The notes below the pieces were generated by a model. That model did no database searches, had not been told where the DNA came from, and was given only the letters and a program-made list of their open reading frames with translations. From Nemertoderma westbladi (lineage: Eukaryota > Animalia > Xenacoelomorpha): a DNA stretch of 64,000 nt. The position numbers were made by a program, and so were the translations under genes. Position 1 is the stretch's first letter, and every line of letters starts with the position of its first letter. Below, piece by piece: positions 23,995 through 35,915 of the stretch. The stretch is from positions 62,001-126,000 of the forward strand of contig JAUCBJ010000732.1 of NCBI GenBank assembly GCA_032718475.1, given 5' to 3'.

Positions 23995-26900
23995 AAGCAA
24001 TTACCGCCTATGAAAAAGATGGTAATGGTGTATATATAATTGGCAACAAGGATGCTAAAAACAAACGTATTGAGGATGCAGCCAGTGGTAAAGTGATGAG
24101 ATGGAACTTTATTGACCCGTGGAATGAGTTTATAGAACAACTAAAAGATCAAATGGAGAAGTGGTTTAGTCCAATATTGTTTGACCTTTTGTTTAGCAAT
24201 CACTTCCAACATCACCTAGTAGCTCTTTCTCTTCTGGAAAAGTCTTTACATAATAACCCGGACGATTTACATTCACATTTGGATTTGATACTAAAATGGA
24301 TTTCATTAAGACTCTTTGACGTCTATGCAACATCTGTGCAGTTGAAAACATTAGAATTTTTACAAAATCTAATCTCTACTCTCGTCGAATTAAATTATCA
24401 GATGCTGGACTTCGAAGGAAATATTTTTATAAAACATCTTATCAAGCGCTTATCCGACACTCGAGAAGAGATTCGAAAAAGGACGCGTTTCGTTTTGAAA
24501 CAATTACAGCGCATATATTCGACAAAAAAGATATCCATGCATCTCATCAGGGGATTAACATCTCCACTACCGAGAATGAAAACACAATGCCTCATTGAGT
24601 TACAGGGTTTAACCAACGGAATACACGATATATTGTTCCAACCAAATACTATTCAACTAGTAGCTGGTTTAACACGACATCGGGATGCCTCAGTGCGAAT
24701 GCAATCACTTCAAATGTTGACGAAAATTCACGAAACCGTTGGAAAGACGATGTATAAAAATCTCGGTCCGCTGTCAGACAGCGAGAAGTACATCATCGAG
24801 AAAAAGGTAGAACAAGCGACTGCATCACAATACAGGAAAATACCCTTAATAAAATCAAACTCAATTAGTGAAAATCTGAATGTTGGAAGATTAAAACATT
24901 CGCGAACAAGACGCCTGTCTGCTTCAGAAAAATACGAAAATAAAATAGCATCAATCGATATTGCGGCTGGTGGAGACGTAAATGACATGAATACAGATGA
25001 TGTAAATACGGACATTTCGCATAGAAATACCACTGGGGGCAAAACAGAAGACGAATCCGAGAAAATAACTAATAAATCTGAAAGGCAAACTGTGAAACCC
25101 GGTCAAAGAACAAGTAGATCGGAAAGTGCAACTGTCAAACCCGGTCAAAGAACTAGTAGATCTGAAAGCGAAACTGCCAAACCCGACCAAAGAATTAGTA
25201 GATCTGAAAGCGAAACTGCCAAACCCGACCAAAGAATTAGTAGATCTGAAAGCGAAACTGTCAAACCCGACCAAAGAATTAGTAGATCTGAAAGCGAAAC
25301 TGCCAAACCCCACCAAATAATTAGTAGATCTGAAAGCCAAACTGTTAACCCCGGTCAAACAACTGGTAGATCTGAAAGTGCAACTGTCAAATCTGGTCAG
25401 AGAACTAGTAGATCTGAAAGCGAAACTGTCAAATCTGGTCAAAGAATAAGTAGATCGGAAAGTGCAACTGTCAAACCTGGTCAAAGAATTAGTAGATCTG
25501 AAAGGCAAACTGTCAAACCCGGTCAAAGAACTGGTAGATCTGAAAGCCAAACAGTCAAACCCGGTCAAAGAACTAGTAGATCTGAAAGCGAAACTGTCAA
25601 ATCTGGTCAAAGAACTAGTAGATCTGAAAGGCAAACTGTCAAACCCGGTCAAAGAACTGGTAGATCTGAAAGCCAAACAGTCAAACCTGGTCAAAGAACT
25701 AGTAGATCTGAAAGCGAAACTGCCAAACCCGACCAAAGAATTAGTAGATCTGAAAGGCAAACTGTCAAACCCGGTCAAAGAACTGGTAGATCTGAAAGCC
25801 AAACAGTCAAACCCGGTCAAAGAACTAGTAGATCTGAAAGCGAAACTGTCAAATCTGGTCAAAGAATTAGTAGATCTGAAAGCGAAACTGCCAAACCCGA
25901 CCAAATAATTAGTAGATCTGAAAGCCAAACTGTTAACCCCGGTCAAAGAACTAGTAGATCTGAAATCGAAACTGCCAAACCCGACCAAATAATTAGTAGA
26001 TCTGAAAGGCAAACTGTCAAACCCGGTCAAAGAACTGGTAGATCTGAAAGCCAAACAGTCAAACCCGGTCAAAGAACTAGTAGATCTGAAAGCGAAACTG
26101 TCAAATCTGGTCAAAGAATTAGTAGATCTGAAAGCGAAACTGCCAAACCCGACCAAATAATTAGTAGATCTGAAAGCCAAACTGTTAACCCCGGTCAAAC
26201 AACTGGTAGATCTGAAAGTGCAACTGTCAAATCTGGTCAGAGAACATGTAGATCTGAAAGGCAAATTCACAAAAATGGTAAAAGCAATAGTAGGCCTACT
26301 TTTCAAACACCCGATAAAGACAACCAAAGCAATGATGATAAATCTTTATCTACAAATCGAAGTGCTAGTACGAATGAAAGTCAGGAATATAGGAGCAGTA
26401 GCAAATCCCAAGGTCAAATTGATATGAGTATCCAAAGAGCCAGTCGATCACAAAGTCGATGCTCAGATAGTAGCAGACTTCACAGATCCCAAAGTCTGCA
26501 GGAGAAATCGAATGCGACTTATAGTACAGGAGAAATACAACAGGCTTCTAGAATGTATAAGAGAAAATCCCCACCTAAACCTGAAATAAGTTTCATGCAA
26601 AAAACTAAACCAACAATTAGTAGGATGAGGAGAAAGTCAAGCGAGGCAACCAAAGTTTATCCTGTTAGATATAAAGAAATTTTTTCTCCTGAAACAACTA
26701 CAAATAAGACGAACACCAATAACATAAATCAATGCATATATAAAAATGATAATTACCGTCTCAAAAACAAAAAAACACCAAGTATCACCAAACGCGGAGA
26801 ATCTGCAACATATATGTTAAGAGATGACATCAAGCAACACTGGAACCCTGTTCGATACGTGTCCTTAGACTTCAACGCATTAGAGGAAAGATTCAACAAC

Positions 26901-28283
26901 GAAGTTGAGTTCAGCGAGGAAATTAGAACCACAGACAGTGTTGGCGAGTCATGCAGCCTAACTTCTCAAGAGAGTTACAGACCGGTAATAACATCGATTT
27001 CCGCACAAGATGTTATTAGGAAGAGACGTTTAAGAAATATGCTCAAACTTATAAAGGATGTTATAGAGACTATAGGAAGTCTTGATGATACAGAGAGTCT
27101 TCACGGGGTCTATCAGTTAGCTGCTATTATAGAAGACCCAGCTAAGTACGTTCTACTAGCAAGTTGTGTTGATATGATTATTTCAACATCATGTAAAAAA
27201 CTAAAAACTGCTAATCAAACAATCCTGAACAATAAACTATCCCTGAAAATATTTCGCAGTCTCATTGCTGTTGCACTAAAACTCTTCAACAACAAAGACC
27301 TAGCTGTACATTCGAATGTTAGTTCATTGGTTCTCGCCTTGGAAACATGTCTTTTACTGGTCAAATCAAATCAGGTCAAAAATCACGACGATAGTGAGCA
27401 GCTGAGAAGAAGTTTAAATTTGTTAACCTTAAATATTCTCTCTTTTGGGAACGAAACTAACGTATATGTAACTTTGATACGAATTGCAACGATCTGCTTA
27501 GATGGAGACATATCATCCCGAATGGTATCCATGGTTCTAACATGTTTTGGTAAGAAACTGTCAACATTTTCTAATTTTATTACTAATATCAAGTTTGGGG
27601 TACTTGTTGAAGAATGCTGCGCTTTCATTGAAAAGGTCACCTTTCTGGAAGTGATAAACAAAACAAGCTTAGATCTACTTGCTAGTATAAAAACCTTGTT
27701 ATATTTCATTTGTGTTGTTATACACGACGGAATATTGATGTATGTTCCAAACAACATCAACATCCACAAGCCACTCAATATTCACTTAGATGCGTTTCTC
27801 ACAAAAGCACTAAAAGCAGCCAAATACAACTCCAATACAGCCAATGGGATATCTTTCTCTCCAGCTAATCTGGCTCGATTAAAATATCAATGCGATTTGT
27901 CCACAGTGCAATCCTTAGTGCGCAGAATATTTCTTACCAATAACCCAATACTAGCATTGCAAAATCTACAATTATTTCTAAGTCAGCGACCTTACATGGA
28001 TATCGAATTATTTCTTATGGAATCCAATGTTGAGGAACGGCGCTACATAAGTAACGGACTTTGGTTTATCAGTCTCTATGGAAAAGATTTAACGGGAAAC
28101 CCTGGCAACAACGATGTGCCAGATGACGCGACTTACGAGGAAAAGCTGGACTACTACGCGGAGTGCCTCGAAGTAGATGAGGAGTACAAGGATTGTGTAG
28201 AAAGGTTGGAAGACGTACAAGATATTAAATGTGTTGCATCAGCGAAAAACAACAGATCATCATCCTACTGCAGAGTTATGTGA
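23995..28283 (+). CDS. CKAP5/ch-TOG/XMAP215-like protein, terminal exon (TOG5 HEAT repeats, repeat-expanded linker, C-terminal helical domain)
   Basis: KVMRWNF..P..EFIEQLKDQM...FQHH..AL...LDLILKWISLRLFD...SVQLKTLEFL matches recalled TOG5 of CKAP5. The C-terminal QLRRSLNLLTLNIL resembles the CKAP5 tail domain. Branch-like ctaac plus tatttgcag| acceptor at 23994; the frame is open from there (phase 1). Confidence 0.85.
25075..26265 (+). repeat. Coding minisatellite, 42-bp unit (14 aa, TVKPGQRTSRSESE-like), ~28 copies
   Basis: Visible in DNA (recurrent agtagatctgaaag) and in the 1396-aa ORF; frame preserved throughout. Confidence 0.95.
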
Positions 28284-28688
28284 TAAACTACCGCGGTCCC
28301 AGAAGTGATCGAAGTGGTTCAGCTTCAAGATTATTCATGGCACAAGGTGATTGTCAAATATAGGATATTGTAAGATTTATTCTAAGGTCACCACTATAAG
28401 ATTATCAGGTCTAAAAGATCCTCATCAGACCTTTGATGTAAAGCAATGGCTGGATATTTTTGTGACCATAATGTGCAAAATTGTGCAAATTGACCGTAAA
28501 ACTAACCTGAGATACAAACTTTGGATATAAGACAGATGTTAGCCACACTAATATGGTTCAGTTAATACAAAACATAGACATTGTCTTCCTGCAGAGCGAA
28601 TATTATTTATTTTTCATAGTAATTTATTAAAATCAGCAAATTTGAATAATAAATTATACAAAGTAAAAGCGCTTAGTTCATTGCGAAG

Positions 28689-29577
28689 CAGGACCTTATC
28701 GCCCCAGGAACTTATCGCCCCTGGACCTTATCGCCCCAGGACCTTATCGTCCCAGGACCTTATCGCCCCAGGACCTTATCGCCCCAGGACCTTATCGCCC
28801 CAGGACCTTATCTCCCCAGGACCTTATCGCCCCAGGACCTTATCGCCCCAGGACCTTATCGCCCCAGGACCTTATCATCCCAGGACCTTATCATACCAGG
28901 ACCTTATCACCCCAGGACCTTATCGTCCCAGGACTTTATCGTCCCAGGACCTTATCGCCTCAGGACCTTATCGTCCCAGGACCTTATCGCCCCAGAACCT
29001 TATTGCCACAGGACCTTATCGCCCCAGGACCTTATCGCCCCAGGACCTTATCGCCCCAGGACCTTATCGCCCCTGGGACTCTATCGCCCCTATAAATTGC
29101 ATTTTTGTTGGGAACTTATCACCCCTCTGTTCTGAGTTTTTAGGAACTTATCGCCCAGAGTCTTTATCGCCCCAGGACCTTATCGCCCAAGGACCTTATC
29201 GCACCAGTGCCTTATCGCCCCAGGACCTTATCGCCCCAGGACCTTATCATCCCAGGACCTTATTGCCCCAGGACCTTATCTTCCCAGGACCTTATCACCC
29301 CAGGACCTTATCGTCCCAGGACCTTATCGTCCCAGGACCTTATCGCCTCAGGACCTTATCGCCCCAGGACCTTATCGCCCCAGGACCTTATCGCCCCAGG
29401 ACCTTATCGCCCCAGGACCTTATCGTCCCAGGATCTTATCATCCCAGGACCTTATCGCCCCAGGACCTTATTGTCCCAGGACCTTATCGCCCCTGGGACT
29501 CTATCGCCCCTATAAATTGCATTTTTGTTGGGAACTTATCACCCCTCTGTTCTGAGTTTTTAGGAACTTATCGCCCC
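28689..29577. repeat. 16-bp minisatellite (caggaccttatcgccc) with a 420-bp higher-order duplication; probable left arm of a foldback/MITE-like element
   Basis: Tandem 16-mers; the spacer gggactctatcgcccctataaattgc occurs at 29075 and 29495. Confidence 0.9.
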
Positions 29578-29732
29578 TGTCATTATATACATGATACATT
29601 CCCTCAACTTTCCCATACACTTCCTCTCAGTCACATATTTTAATTAAAAGTTTACTTTATATTTTTATACTAAAATAGTTTCTTTTAGAGGAGCCTACAA
29701 TTAGAAAAATTAATATTAAATTCAAAGACTAA

Positions 29733-29890
29733 GCAGCCGTTTGATCTAATGGTAACAATCTGGGCTTTCATTTAGGAGGTCCCAGGTTCGATCCCTGGAC
29801 GTCGCAGTACTTTTTGGGCAGTGGGCTTTAAATGCTACAGACTAGCTCTACCAAGGTTTTCACATTTACTGGTCGATAAATGGGAACCAT
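29733..29890 (+). mobile_element. tRNA(Glu)-derived SINE head with possible Nin/Deu-like central motif
   Basis: A-box-like tgatctaatggta; TTC anticodon-like loop ctttcat; perfect T arm ccagg-ttcgatc-cctgg (B box); imperfect acceptor and anticodon stems. Downstream ggtcgataaatgggaacc resembles the recalled Nin/Deu-SINE core. Confidence 0.65.
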
Positions 29891-31265
29891 TGGAAGGGTT
29901 TACTGTGGAAGATTACCCATGGTGGTGAACAGGCATTCCTTTAGGAAACAGAGTGGAAGGGTTTACTGTGGAAGATAAGCCATGGTGGTGATCAGGCATT
30001 CCTTTGGGAAACAGAGTGGAAGGGTTTACTGTGGAAGATAAGCCATGGTGGTGATCAGGCATTCCTTTGGGAAACAGAGTGGAAGGGTTTACTGTGGAAG
30101 ATCACCCATGGTGGTGAACAGGCATTCCTTTAGGAAACAGAGTGGAAGGGTTTACTGTGGAAGATAAGCCATGGTGGTGATCAGGCATTCCTTTGGAAAA
30201 CAGAGTGGAAGGGTTTACTGTGGAAGATCACCCATGGTGGTGAACAGGCATTCCTTTAGGAAACAGAGTGGAAGGGTTTACTGTGGAAGATCACCCATGG
30301 TGGTGAACAGGCATTCATTTAGGAAACAGAGTGGAAGGGTTTACTGTGGAAGATAAGCCATGGTGGTGATCAGGCATTCCTTTGGAAAACAGAGTGGAAG
30401 GGTTTACTGTGGAAGATCACCCATGGTGGTGAACAGGCATTCCTTTAGGAAACAGAGTGGAATGGTTTACTGCGGAAGATCACCCATGGTGGTGAACAGG
30501 CATTTTTTAGGAAAACAGAGTTGATGGACTTAAACATCCAAGATCACCCATGGCGGTGAACAGGCATTCCTTTAGGAAACAGAGTGGAAGGGTTTACTGT
30601 GGAAGATAAGCCATGGTGGTGATCAGGCATTCCTTTGGGAAACAGAGTGGAAGGGTTTACTGTGGAAGATCACCCATGGTGGTGAACAGGCATTCCTTTA
30701 GGAAACAGAGTGGAAGGGTTTACTGTGGAAGATCACCCATGGTGGTGAACAGGCATTCCTTTAGGACAACAGAGTTGATGGACTTAAACATCCAAGATCA
30801 CCCATGGCGGTGAACAGGCATTCCTTTAGGAAACAGAGTGGAAGGGTTTACTGTGGAAGATAAGCCATGGTGGTGCTCAGGCATTCCTTTGGGAAACAGA
30901 GTGGAAGGGTTTACTGTGGAAGATCACCAATGGTGGTGAACAGGCATTCCTTTAGGAAACAGAGTGGAAGGGTTTACTCTGGAAGATCACCCATGGTGGT
31001 GAACAGGCATTCCTTTAGGAAACAGAGTGGAAGGGTTTACTGTGGAAGATCACCCATGGTGGTGAACAGGCATTCCTTTAGGAAACAGAGTGGAAGGGTT
31101 CACTGTGGAAGATCACCCATGGTGGTGAACAGGCATTCCTTTAGGAAACAGAGTGGAAGGGGTTACTGTGGAAGATCACCCATGGTGGTGAACAGGCATT
31201 CCTTTAGGAAACAGAGTGGAAGGGTTTACTGTGGAAGATCACCCATGGTGGTGAACAGGCATTCC
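29891..31265. repeat. 63-bp tandem array, ~22 copies, directly following the SINE head
   Basis: Unit tggaagggtttactgtggaagatcacccatggtggtgaacaggcattcctttaggaaacagag; two copies carry the alternative segment ttgatggacttaaacatcc. Confidence 0.95.
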
Positions 31266-31315
31266 ATGTTTACTAGGCCTAAATGATTATCCCATTCAAA
31301 ATTCATATTTGTCAC

Positions 31316-31425
31316 AGTGGCGATAAGTTACCAGGGGGGATAAAGACCTGGGGGCGATATGTACCCAAGGGGCGATAAAGGACCATTCGGGGGGCGATAA
31401 GGCCCAGGGTCGATAAGGCCCCTAC
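31316..31425. repeat. Inverted, diverged copies of the 16-bp motif (ggggcgataagg); probable right arm of the element starting ~28689
   Basis: About six ggcgataa-type motifs, the reverse complement of ttatcgcc in the left array. Confidence 0.7.
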
Positions 31426-31599
31426 AATCACTCATTAATAGTTTGCAGGTGATAGTTGATTGATTGATTAGCATGAATAATGCGTTGTCAAATACATACC
31501 AATTATTGAATGAAACAATAAACCTAACTGAATAAATAAAACTAAAAAAATTAAAGCAGTACTGTGTCAGTCATACGAAGGTTTATCCAACCTAAGTGT

Positions 31600-31931
31600 A
31601 CTGGGACCAATTTTGCAAGCGAGGTGATTGTATTGTAGTATCTCGGAAGTGTAGGAGAGTTGGTTTTAAATAAAACTACTCCATACTTGGAAATACTACC
31701 ACTCCACCACCCTTCGAAAAATAGACCCCAGTATGCATATAGTACTGGTTGCACTTGAAACTTGGACAAAGCCGCCTCCGCTTTACGGGACATTGCTGCC
31801 GCCGTGAAGACCAGCCTGTGCACAATATGGTGCTTTGGCGGCCTCATGTATAGAAAAAGCATGGTTGACAGCCCATGAGTTTCTTGAGTCGCATCTTAAA
31901 GGACACTTGCCTTGAAGATGCGGATGATCTA
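31600..31931 (+). mobile_element. 3' remnant of an RTE-like LINE
   Basis: Translates QSRLRFTGHCCRREDQPVHNMVLWRPH*...QPMSFLSRILKDT, the typical RTE-clade ORF C-terminus, with stops. Confidence 0.65.
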
Positions 31932-31933
31932 TT

Positions 31934-33328
31934 ATGGGTTACACTTACCTCTACAAAGTATGCTGTACACCCAGTATGGGTTACACTTACCTCTACAAAG
32001 TGTGCTGTACACCCAGTATGGGTTACACTTACCTCTACAAAGTGTGCTGTAGACCCAGTATGGGTTACACTTACCTCTACAAAGTATGCTGTACACCCAG
32101 TATGGGTTACACTTACCTCTACAAAGTTTGATGTACACCCAGTATGGGTTACACTTACCTCTACAAAGTGTGCTGTACACCCAGTATGGGTTACACTTAC
32201 CTCTACAAAGTATGCTGTACACCCAGTATGGGTTACACTTACCTCTACAAAGTGTGATGTACACCCAGTATGGGTTACACTTACCTCTACAAAGTGTGCT
32301 GTACACCCAGTATGGGTTACACTTACCTCTAGAAAGTATGCTGTACACCCAGTATGGGTTACACTTACCTCTACAAAGTGTGATGTACACCCAGTATGGG
32401 TTACACTTACCTCTACAAAGTGTGCTGTACACCCAGTATGGGTTACACTTACATCTACAAAGTGTGATGTACACCCAGTATGGGTTACACTTACCTCTAC
32501 AAAGTGTGCTGTACACCCAGTATGGGTTACACTTACCTCTACAAAGTATGCTGTACACCCAGTATGGGTTACACTTACCTCTACAAAGTGTGCTGTACAC
32601 CCAGTAAGGGTTACACTTACCTCTACAAAGTGTGCTGTACACCCAGTATGGGTTACACTTACCTCTACAAAGTATGCTGTACACCCAGTATGGGTTACAC
32701 TTACCTCTACAAAGTGTGATGTACACCCAGTATGGGTTACACTTACCTCTACAAAGTGTGCTGTACACCCAGTATGGGTTACACTTACCTCTACAAAGTG
32801 TGATGTACACCCAGTATGGGTTACACTTACCTCTACAAAGTGTGCTGTACACCCAGTATGGGTTACACTTACCTCTACAAAGTGTGATGTACACCCAGTA
32901 TGGGTTACACTTACCTCTACAAAGTGTGATGTACACCCAGTATGGGTTACACTTACCTCTACAAAGTGTGCTGTACACCCAGTATGGGTTACACTTACCT
33001 CTACAAAGTGTGATGTACACCCAGTATGGGTTACACTTACCTCTACAAAGTGTGCTGTCCACCCAGTAAGGGTTACACTTACCTCTACAAAGTGTGCTGT
33101 ACACCCAGTATGGGTTACACTTACCTCTACAAAGTGTGCTGTACACCCTGTATGGGTTACACTTACCTCTACAAAGTGTGATGTACACCCAGTATGGGTT
33201 ACACTTACCTCTACAAAGTGTGCTGTCCACCCAGTAAGGGTTACACTTACCTCTACAAAGTGTGCTGTACACCCAGTATGGGTTACACTTACCTCTACAA
33301 AGTGTGCTGTACACCCAGTAAGGGTTAC
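31934..33328 (-). repeat. 42-bp tandem array = last 36 nt of a GART exon + GTAAGT donor, 33 donor copies
   Basis: Unit GTAACCCATACTGGGTGTACAGCACACTTTGTAGAG|GTAAGT; donors at 33292 down to 31948 in 42-bp steps. Confidence 0.96.
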
Positions 33329-33547
33329 CCCGGCAGCGAGCACTAATTCATGGGCGTTACCACCTTTGAAGCTCGGGAGCAGTGACGGATGTACGTTAAT
33401 AAGACGGCCACGCCATTTCTCCACGAACCCGGCGGATAATATTCTCATATACCCGGCTAGACAGACCAACTCTATCCCATGAGACTCAAGGATGGCGCTC
33501 ACCTTATCGTCAAATGATTCGCGTTTAAGGCCTTTATGACTTAAAAC
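33293..33547 (-). CDS. GART: GART exon, GAR transformylase domain (VLSHK...LAGYMRIL...INVHPSLLPSFKG...TGCTAHFVE)
   Basis: PurN motifs present; acceptor ttcctag|GTT; first donor GAG|gtaagt; 255 bp, phase 0/0. Confidence 0.93.
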
Positions 33548-34299
33548 CTAGGAATCGCATAACAAAACATTTATCAGATAAATCGGTTAAATTATTGTTA
33601 AAATGGAAACGGCTTTTCAATTAAATTAAATACTCTGCGACCGCTGTATACCTAGACTCAAACTCACTTAAAAGTGGCCTCTATTGAGTGATTTATTTTT
33701 TTTGTTAAAATTTTACTTTTGTAAATGCATAAAATTACATATCAATGGAAAGTGTTATTATTAAATATGGAACACCCAATGGCATGGAGATTGGGAGGCA
33801 TTAATAAGATGATTCATTATCATATCCAATCCAGCATAACCGTGTAGTGATTGACACCGACAGGTTCAACCTGTACACATCCTTGTGGTGGTGAGAATAG
33901 ACGCGGTGGGCAGCCAGTGACTTAAACGCCTGCTCAAGGACAACGGACGTGAGAATAGCTGAATGAAAAAGATGGCTGATCGGAGATCTGGGGCCGATCC
34001 GCCGGCATCGCATACGTGCTTAGTAGCAACGTAGCTTATAGCAGACGGCTTAGTGCAAGCTGAGCAATTTAAGTTAAGATGCTAGTAGCAAGTTACAGTG
34101 GCACGTTATTCTAACCAAAACAATAAACTAAAGTCAATAGATCAGGTTAGACTTTTATTTTAGAGATTATAAGTAATCAGCTCTGTTATTTGCGTCGATT
34201 TTACCCTGGGATGAATTTTGATTGCGTCACAAATCCCCCCATCTGATGGCCGATTCAAATAATATTAATTGAATTAACACGTTGAACATTTCGGCTAAC

Positions 34300-34430
34300 C
34301 TCGGTGGGTATGTTTGCATCTCTAGCCCTTCCTAAACCTTGAACCCCTTCCTTATTGGAGAATACGAGACGAATATCGTAGGCGCAATCGTGATTCTTTG
34401 TGTAGTCGATTATAGCTTGTAGATTAGTTC
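34300..34430 (-). CDS. GART: GART exon, start of transformylase domain (GTNLQAIID...VFSNKEGVQGLGRARDANIPTE)
   Basis: Not in the ORF track; hand-translated. Acceptor ttttgtttag|GA, donor GAG|gttagc; 131 bp, phases fit both neighbours. Confidence 0.92.
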
Positions 34431-34846
34431 CTAAACAAAAACAGTTTAATCCAAAATAGTTTGAACCAAATTATTTAACGACTTTACTTAACATAAAGGG
34501 AAGTTACATAATTAATCAAAAAATTCATATCACATTACAGCTGAACATTCAAATCGGCCACGACATACCGGCGCTATTGAGGAGGCCCTGCCTATAAAAT
34601 TAATTTAGAAACTAGAAAATATAAAATTCGTGTAATTCAGTGTCACTTCACAACAAACGTTTGATATCATGTTGTTTATTAGCAATCATTTCGTCTGTTT
34701 GGTATAAAACCGTAAACTTATTGGGCTGCAAAGTTCTTTATGATGTGCTTCTCCTCCAACATTACTCCACTAACTGCGTTGTAACAAAACAGCCATACAA
34801 CGTGCCGGTACACTAAACCAATCACTAAGTATCAGTTAACACGCAC

Positions 34847-35394
34847 CTGAACCGGAAATTAGAACAGCCAATTTCTTTTTACGAATGATCCTATTGGTTA
34901 GCGGGAGTGGCAGTTTATAGCTGTTATCCAATGAAGACTCTAGATTAGCGATTATGACGTCATTAGCAGGACGACGAACAACCGAGCCAATCACTGACGA
35001 GGAGATGTCGCCTTTCAGTGATTGTATTACAGTATCAACCACCGATTGGTCAACTATTAAAACAAACCCGACTCCACAGTTGAAGGTGCGAGCCATCTCG
35101 TTGGCTGGAATGTTGCCTAACTTGTACAAATAACCCAGTATCGGCGGAATGCGCCAGGCATTGGCGTCGAGATCTACAGCCAATGAGGGCGGCAGGATTC
35201 GTGGAATATTGTCGGTTAAACCGCCGCCAGTTATGTGCGCCGCCGCTTTTATGAGGCCCTTAGTGATCAACGGCAGTACTAGAGATACATACAGATAAGT
35301 TGGTGTGAGTAAAGTCTCGAATAAAGGTCGATCGGTTGGAGTTACCCCGGCAACAGAGTCACTGAGGCTCACTTTAGCGCATTCTAGAACCTTC
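34847..35394 (-). CDS. GART: GART exon, AIR synthetase C-terminal domain and linker
   Basis: LLTPT, AHITGGGLTDNIPRILP, EMARTFNCGVG, AVLISGSG; acceptor ttttgcag|G, donor TCAG|gtgcgt; 548 bp. Confidence 0.95.
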
Positions 35395-35731
35395 CTGCAA
35401 AAAATAAACACCAACTACATAACGCACCAGGAGTAACGCGTTAATTTGCATTACATCGGTAATACTATATAATTATGTAACTTTTTAATAATATACCTAC
35501 TGTAAAAATTGTTAGAATACTTTTTAATTAAAATTGAATTGAAGATCCACCTTTAGTGGAAATGGAAATCCTAATCCATCGTGAGTAAAAATCACACATA
35601 ATTTCTATAGCGGTATATCTATTTATAACATTCATAATCATAAGTGCTTTTTGACATCGCCTGTAATAATACAGAATTAAAATTTATATTGAAAAGCAAA
35701 ACCCAACAAATATAAAATTTATTAAACTGAC

Positions 35732-35915
35732 CTAACTAAGGAAAATCCGTTGCTATGGACCCCGGATGACGCTATTCCTATAACTGCGTCACCGGGCGTG
35801 ACGTCACTGGGTTCCTTCGGCAACACGAGGGACCGCTCAACCGCACCGACGGCGAATCCGGCTACATCGTAATCGCCGTCCCGGTACATTCCCGGCATCT
35901 CGGCCGTCTCGCCAC
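35732..35915 (-). CDS. GART: GART exon, AIR synthetase ([11 protein letters not shown]...[13 protein letters not shown]...[13 protein letters not shown])
   Basis: Hand-translated PurM motifs; acceptor cccgtttag|GT, donor AG|gtcagt; 184 bp, phase 1/2. Confidence 0.95.

Noticed and set aside
24951-26327. 458-aa antisense ORF and short alternative-frame ORFs
   Set aside because: Shadows of the 42-bp coding repeat in the CKAP5-like exon.
28560-28600. Candidate last GART exon after ctctgcag| (EDNVYVLY*)
   Set aside because: Good acceptor and begins ED, but stops after 8 codons and lacks the VDAG and EH motifs.
29733-29806. Functional tRNA-Glu gene
   Set aside because: Acceptor, D and anticodon stems pair poorly; it fits a SINE head or pseudo-tRNA better.
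28642-31286. ORFs PGPYRPRTLSPQDLIA and MVVNRHSFRKQSGRVYCGRSP repeats
   Set aside because: Translations of the 16-bp and 63-bp arrays; no evidence of a gene.
6883-33328. Unit lengths 42, 42, 63 and ~147 bp are multiples of 21 (two helical turns)
   Set aside because: The 16-, 29-, 68- and 163-bp units do not fit; too few cases to distinguish from chance.
31875-33482. Long ORFs in several frames over the 42-bp array (535 aa +, 460 aa -)
   Set aside because: By-products of a stop-free unit whose length is a multiple of 3; only the GART frame has homology.
33750-34230. Possible solo LTR in a GART intron (GC-richer block, AATAAA, ends in CA)
   Set aside because: No matching TG start with a target-site duplication could be identified.
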